Of a stretch of 19,963 nucleotides of DNA, positions 15,534-19,963 are shown piece by piece. Both the position numbers and the translations under genes were made by a program. The notes beneath the pieces are model-generated. The model was given only the letters and a program-made list of their open reading frames with translations, did not search any database and was not told the DNA's origin. The first letter of the stretch is position 1; the number at the start of each line of letters is the position of its first letter. Source of the stretch: Planctomycetales bacterium (GTDB taxonomy: Bacteria; 4484-113); contig JBBIJQ010000014.1 in assembly GCA_037445915.1 (NCBI GenBank), positions 6,918-26,880 on the forward strand. Direction: 5' to 3'.

Positions 15534-17192
15534 TCACTCCGCCAGACACGTTTCGGCGTTCAGAAGCTCAGCTACTTCCAATGCCAGCACGGATTCCTCG
15601 CTTCCCGCCAGCCTTGCTGCGTTATGCGACGCCGAAGCAAACAGCGAGTAACCTCGCATTGTTCCCTCTATAAAGGGAAGCTGTTCCCCTTGCAACGGAG
15701 CAGGATACTGCATGTAGTACTCGTCAGACAGGTAATCGCCTTTATAAGGAGACTTGCCTACGCTCCAGGCGCGAAGGGCTATAGCTGCGCGCGCAGCAAT
15801 TGTGCCTGCTAAAATATCTCCGCTTCCCCCTTTCGCCAAGGCTGGAGAGCCGGGCGGAGGGCGCAAGATGTAGCCGGATGGAGTGGTTAGGAATGTATCG
15901 CTGTTTTTCAGCAATATCCAGCAGTTTAACGCTTCGGATAGCTGGAGGGCGAACTTTTCAGGCGCTACGCGAGCATCCTCAAGCGAAATTTCCGCAACGC
16001 GGGCGAACTCAGCTAGGTGCGGCGTTAGAAGGACAAAACGGTTGTTTGGCTGGGAGGGCTGCTGCAACCACCGCTTTGCTGCGAAACAGCCTTCAGCATC
16101 TGCCAATAGAGGCACATCAGAGCTTGCGATTGTGGCGAAAGCCGCCTCCTGCATATCTTCACGCAGCGAAAGCCCGGAACCAACCGCAATGAAGTCTGCC
16201 CACGAAAACTCCGACTGGAGTCTAGCTAATCCGCCAGAGCTGCTTGCAAAATTCCTGCTGTCAAATGACGCTACCATCACTTCAGTTAGCCCTGAAGCGA
16301 CTGGGACATAGACTTCCGCAGGGACATATAGCTTTATTAATCCTGCGCCAGCCCTCAATGCTGAGAGAGCGCACATTTTCGCAGCGCCTGTAAAACCATG
16401 GCTGCCTGCGAGAACTAGCACACGCCCGAAATCGCCCTTGTGAACTTCATGCTTGCGGGGTGGAATCGGGTTAGCTTCATAGAACTGCGGTGAAAAGAAA
16501 TACTCTCGGGGCGTTATGCCGGCTGCTTCAACTTCTCCATATCCAATGTCAGCAACGACCAACTCGCCGATTAGCTCGCGCGCAGAACCGCGAAAAAAGC
16601 CACTTTTCGCGTGGCCGAAGGTGACTGTGCAGCCAGCTCTGACCGCCGCGCCCATAACTTCGCCATTCGTGCAGCTCAGGCCGCTTGGGCAGTCAATAGA
16701 TATGCAGAATCCGGAAAAGCTGTTAAATGCCTCAATGCACCTGATCCAGTACTCATCCAAGGGCCTATCCAAGCCAGTCCCAAACATCGCATCCACTTTC
16801 ACTCCAAAGCTCTCTCCAGCCAGAAGCAAAGGGTCAGCAATCTCTGTAGCGCCCGGCCCTTCAGCATTGAGCATGTCCAAATAATACTGGGCATCTTTGC
16901 TAAGCGCTCTCTTGTTGTCTGGGCGAAGCAAAAACACTTTGAAGTTCCTGCGGCCTGTTCGCCAAAGAAAATGCCCAAGGGCCAGCCCGTCTCCTCCATT
17001 GTTTCCCGTGCCGCAGAAAATGCCAATCCGAGTTGTTGGTGAGGAGAAGCGACGCAGTAGTTCATCAAGCGCGGCGTTCGCCGCGTTAGCCATGAGGCTT
17101 AAGCCTGGGATGCCTGTGGTGCTGATTGTGTACTCATCCAGCCTGTGCATCTCGCTGGCAGTAAGAATAGGGTTTATTCTGCGAACATCCAT
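15534..17192 (-). CDS. nnr: Bifunctional NAD(P)HX epimerase/dehydratase (NnrE-NnrD)
   Basis: CGTGNNGGDG, DAMFGTG, IDCPSG (YjeF_N); HKGDFG.V...GS..FTGAA, LTPH..E, AKGGSGD.LAG (NnrD). Confidence 0.93.
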   Translation of the reverse strand: MDVRRINPILTASEMHRLDEYTISTTGIPGLSLMANAANAALDELLRRFSSPTTRIGIFCGTGNNGGDGLALGHFLWRTGRRNFKVFLLRPDNKRALSKDAQYYLDMLNAEGPGATEIADPLLLAGESFGVKVDAMFGTGLDRPLDEYWIRCIEAFNSFSGFCISIDCPSGLSCTNGEVMGAAVRAGCTVTFGHAKSGFFRGSARELIGELVVADIGYGEVEAAGITPREYFFSPQFYEANPIPPRKHEVHKGDFGRVLVLAGSHGFTGAAKMCALSALRAGAGLIKLYVPAEVYVPVASGLTEVMVASFDSRNFASSSGGLARLQSEFSWADFIAVGSGLSLREDMQEAAFATIASSDVPLLADAEGCFAAKRWLQQPSQPNNRFVLLTPHLAEFARVAEISLEDARVAPEKFALQLSEALNCWILLKNSDTFLTTPSGYILRPPPGSPALAKGGSGDILAGTIAARAAIALRAWSVGKSPYKGDYLSDEYYMQYPAPLQGEQLPFIEGTMRGYSLFASASHNAARLAGSEESVLALEVAELLNAETCLAE

Positions 17193-17300
17193 TGTATTAC
17201 CGGCTACATTCGCTTCGAGCGCGCTTCTATGATACAGGGTTTTATGCTAACATTCACTTTTAGCTTGTGCCTTATAATCCTATGTTCTAAGGAGTACATC

Positions 17301-18464
17301 TTGAAGTACGCTGACAGGATATCTCTTCTTGGTTCGGAAACCGCTTTTGAGCTTCTGGCTAAGGCCAAACGCCTGGAAGCCCAGGGGCATAGCGTTATTC
17401 ACATGGAAATCGGCGAGCCCGATTTCACTACCCCAAAGAACATCATTGACGCAGGCGTTAAAGCGCTCTACGACGGGCACACTCATTATACAGGCTCTGC
17501 TGGCGATTTTAAGAACCGTACACTTTACGCCGAATACCTTAGCAAGCGCTACAGCTGCAACCTGGATGGTGAGAACATCATCATCACTCCTGGAGCGAAG
17601 CCAATTATTTTCCTTACTGCTCTGGCGGTAATAGACCCCGGTGATGAAGTCATTTACCCCGACCCCGGTTATCCCATCTACCGCTCAGTTGTGAACTTCT
17701 TAGAAGGCGTTCACAAGCCCTATTACTTGCGGGAGGAAAGTGGGTTTCGTTTCGATGCCGAAGAGGTGAAAAGTCTTGTATCCGACAAGACAAAGCTGCT
17801 CATCCTCAATTCGCCCCACAACCCTACTGGCGGTGTGCTTACCAAAGAAGACCTCAAGCTAGTGATAGACCTGGCGATGAAACACGACTTCTGGATTCTC
17901 TCCGACGAAATCTACTCGCGTATTCTCTATGGTCGCGAGCATGTCGGCGTGATGAATTTCCCAGAGGCGTTTGATCGTATCATCCTCCTTGACGGCCATT
18001 CCAAGACCTATGCGATGACAGGCTGGAGGCTTGGCTATGCCTGCGTAAACAAGGAGATGGCAAAGCACTTAACAACTCTGATGACAAATGCCAACTCCTG
18101 TACTGCCGCTTTCACGCAGATTGCAGGAGTAGAAGCGCTGCTTGGCGATCAGTCAGTGGTTGAGGCGATGATTGCTGAGTTTAAGGAGCGCAGAGACATC
18201 ATCGTTGAGGAAATGAACAAGCTGCCTGGCGTAACCTGCCACAAGCCTGAAGGAGCGTTTTACGTATTTCCCAACTTTAAGAGCTACGGGAAGAAATCCA
18301 GTGAACTGCAGCAGCTATTCTTGGATGGCGGAGCTGCGGTGCTTGCCGGTACAGCCTTTGGCCCTGGTGGCGAAGGTTACATGCGATTCTCATACGCCAC
18401 CTCTAAGGATAACATCAAAGAGGGGCTTAGCCGCGTGGCCAAAGTGTTGGCTAACATAAAGTAG
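17301..18464 (+). CDS. PLP-dependent class I/II aminotransferase (aspartate aminotransferase-like)
   Basis: IGEPDF.TP, NSPHNPTG, SDEIY, SKTYAMTGWRLGY, P.GAFY.F; TTG 17301 with an AAGGAG SD. Confidence 0.93.
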   Translation: MKYADRISLLGSETAFELLAKAKRLEAQGHSVIHMEIGEPDFTTPKNIIDAGVKALYDGHTHYTGSAGDFKNRTLYAEYLSKRYSCNLDGENIIITPGAKPIIFLTALAVIDPGDEVIYPDPGYPIYRSVVNFLEGVHKPYYLREESGFRFDAEEVKSLVSDKTKLLILNSPHNPTGGVLTKEDLKLVIDLAMKHDFWILSDEIYSRILYGREHVGVMNFPEAFDRIILLDGHSKTYAMTGWRLGYACVNKEMAKHLTTLMTNANSCTAAFTQIAGVEALLGDQSVVEAMIAEFKERRDIIVEEMNKLPGVTCHKPEGAFYVFPNFKSYGKKSSELQQLFLDGGAAVLAGTAFGPGGEGYMRFSYATSKDNIKEGLSRVAKVLANIK

Positions 18465-18474
18465 AAGAGGTGCG

Positions 18475-18804
18475 ATGTTGAAGATGAAAGGATTAAACCT
18501 ACTCCTTATCCTGTTTGTATCTGGCCTACTGATTGCCTGCGAACAGCCGCCGGGTGAAATTACCGGTTCCACTAGGTTTGCTGATGGGCGGCCCACTTCG
18601 GTAATCATTAAAGTGTTTGATGCGTCCAACAGAGTAGTCACCGAAACCGCTTCAACTGTAGATGGCGTTTTCTACACCGGCAGAGTTATACCTCCGGGCA
18701 GCTACACAGTTAAGTGCTTCCGGGGTGAAGAAGAAGTAGGCACTTCCGAAGTCATCAGAATTGAGGCAGATGGCAGCATCGTCCAAGACATTATAGTAAA
18801 GTAA
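18475..18804 (+). CDS. Small lipoprotein with a beta-sandwich (carboxypeptidase-regulatory-like) domain
   Basis: Hydrophobic signal with lipobox LIA-C; G.ITG, DG.F, PPGSYTV motifs. The exact start (18475/18478/18484) is uncertain. Confidence 0.6.
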   Translation: MLKMKGLNLLLILFVSGLLIACEQPPGEITGSTRFADGRPTSVIIKVFDASNRVVTETASTVDGVFYTGRVIPPGSYTVKCFRGEEEVGTSEVIRIEADGSIVQDIIVK

Positions 18805-18868
18805 CGGCAGCAATTGCGGCTGTTATTTGCGGCGCAGTTAATCCGCCTAGAATCAGGTGAATATCGCG

Positions 18869-19141
18869 ATGAGCGACTTGCTCAACCACCTATGCCAGTT
18901 AGCGCGCTTGAACTTGCCGGATGATGAGCGCGAGGAATTCGCTCGCAAGTTCGCAAGCCTTTTATCCTTCATTGATCGCATCAAAGAACTTCCTTTATTA
19001 GCCGGCGACACTTCTTTGCATGTGGCCAGGGAGAAGATGGATGCCAGGAAAGACATTCAATCTGGCTTTAGTGGAATAAGTGAGATAGCTGGCCCTTATT
19101 CGGCTGGTTACATAGCTGAAATGGAAGCGAAAGAACCGTGA
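18869..19141 (+). CDS. gatC: Asp-tRNA(Asn)/Glu-tRNA(Gln) amidotransferase subunit C
   Basis: HL..LARL.L...E.E.F......L.FID.I.EL motif; directly upstream of gatA. The start may instead be GTG 18857. Confidence 0.8.
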   Translation: MSDLLNHLCQLARLNLPDDEREEFARKFASLLSFIDRIKELPLLAGDTSLHVAREKMDARKDIQSGFSGISEIAGPYSAGYIAEMEAKEP

Positions 19142-19963
19142 AAGAGCTATTGAATTTAACGGCTCATGAGCTTATGGCCAAGTTCGCAGCCGGAGAAGTT
19201 ACGCCTTGCGAGTACTTCACTTTACAGCTGAGATTCGCAAGGTTTATTGAGCCTTTACTAGGCAGCTTTTTATCACTTGCAAACGCTTCCGATGTGAATG
19301 TAAACGCCCTTCCAAAAGAAACGAACAGGTTGCGTGGAATACCGGTTTCCATCAAAGACATCATTGCCACGCGCGGCTTTGCCACGACTGCTGGCAGCCG
19401 TATTCTTGAGGGGTATAAGCCTCCCTACGATGCAACGGTTGTTCGCTTGCTACTTGAGTCTGGCAACAGCATCATAGGCAAGACAAACCTAGATGAGTTT
19501 GCGATGGGGAGCTCTACTGAGTATTCCGGATACCATCCAACACGCAATCCTTGGAATACTAAATGCGTGCCTGGAGGCTCATCCGGCGGCTCTGCTTCGT
19601 CTGTTGCAGCGCTACAAAGCGTCATCAGCCTTGGCACTGACACCGGAGGCAGCGTGCGCCAACCAGCAGCGTTTTGCGGAGTAGTGGGCTTCCTGCCGTC
19701 TTACGGAATGGTAAGCAGGAACGGACTTGTGGCATACGCAAGCAGCCTTGACCAGGTGGGCATACTCGCGCGCAATGTTGAGGATATCGCGCTAACGATG
19801 AACACGATTTCGCAGCCAGATCCTACGGATGCGACCTGTCTGGCGCAAGAAGGGATTGACTACCATTCTGAATGCGCCGGCACAAGTCATGTGAATGGTT
19901 GCAGGATAGGGCTCGTTACACAACTGATGAACCCAGATTTGGTTTCCTTAGATGTCCTATCGT
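19138..19963 (+). CDS. gatA: Asp-tRNA(Asn)/Glu-tRNA(Gln) amidotransferase subunit A (partial, runs off the window)
   Basis: Not in the ORF track; translated by hand from GTG 19138 (GTGA overlap with gatC): GIPVSIKD, GKTNLDEFAMGSSTE, NPW..VPGGSSGGSA, LGTDTGGSVRQPAAFCG. Confidence 0.95.
   Translation, partial: MKELLNLTAHELMAKFAAGEVTPCEYFTLQLRFARFIEPLLGSFLSLANASDVNVNALPKETNRLRGIPVSIKDIIATRGFATTAGSRILEGYKPPYDATVVRLLLESGNSIIGKTNLDEFAMGSSTEYSGYHPTRNPWNTKCVPGGSSGGSASSVAALQSVISLGTDTGGSVRQPAAFCGVVGFLPSYGMVSRNGLVAYASSLDQVGILARNVEDIALTMNTISQPDPTDATCLAQEGIDYHSECAGTSHVNGCRIGLVTQLMNPDLVSLDVLS

Noticed and set aside
17145-17300. N-terminal extension of the aminotransferase in the ORF track
   Set aside because: It overlaps the divergent nnr start and the promoter region. 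TTG 17301 has a strong SD and fits the family N-terminus.
18802-18828. Possible terminator hairpin after the lipoprotein gene
   Set aside because: The stem is imperfect (G-U pair and a mismatch) and the T-tract is very short, so it is too weak to call.
18869-19963. Functional link between tRNA-Asn and gatCA in the same window
   Set aside because: They are 18 kb apart with unrelated genes in between; most likely coincidence.

Overview
Bacterial chromosomal window of about 50% GC, mostly housekeeping and envelope genes: tRNA-Asn(GTT), a PerR/Fur-family regulator with catalase, a YedF/DsrE protein, a Big_1 Ig-like secreted protein, a three-gene polyprenol-linked glycosylation module, murG-amidase-mpg, a TIGR03960-like radical SAM enzyme, a CNNM/CBS transporter, nnrE-nnrD, a class I aminotransferase, a small lipoprotein and gatC-gatA (partial). 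The most striking feature is at the left edge. An intact tRNA-Asn gene heads a 329-bp tandem unit made of an 80-aa GIY-YIG nuclease gene and a rebuilt pseudo-tRNA. In the pseudo-tRNA the 5' anticodon arm is replaced by a 17-nt GCA-triloop palindrome, and the start of another GIY-YIG copy follows it before the window ends. The tRNA 3' end supplies the nuclease gene's Shine-Dalgarno sequence. Other points of note: a probable +1 frameshift that removes PerR's last Cys ligand, a GC-mosaic CNNM gene, and several apparently leaderless genes.
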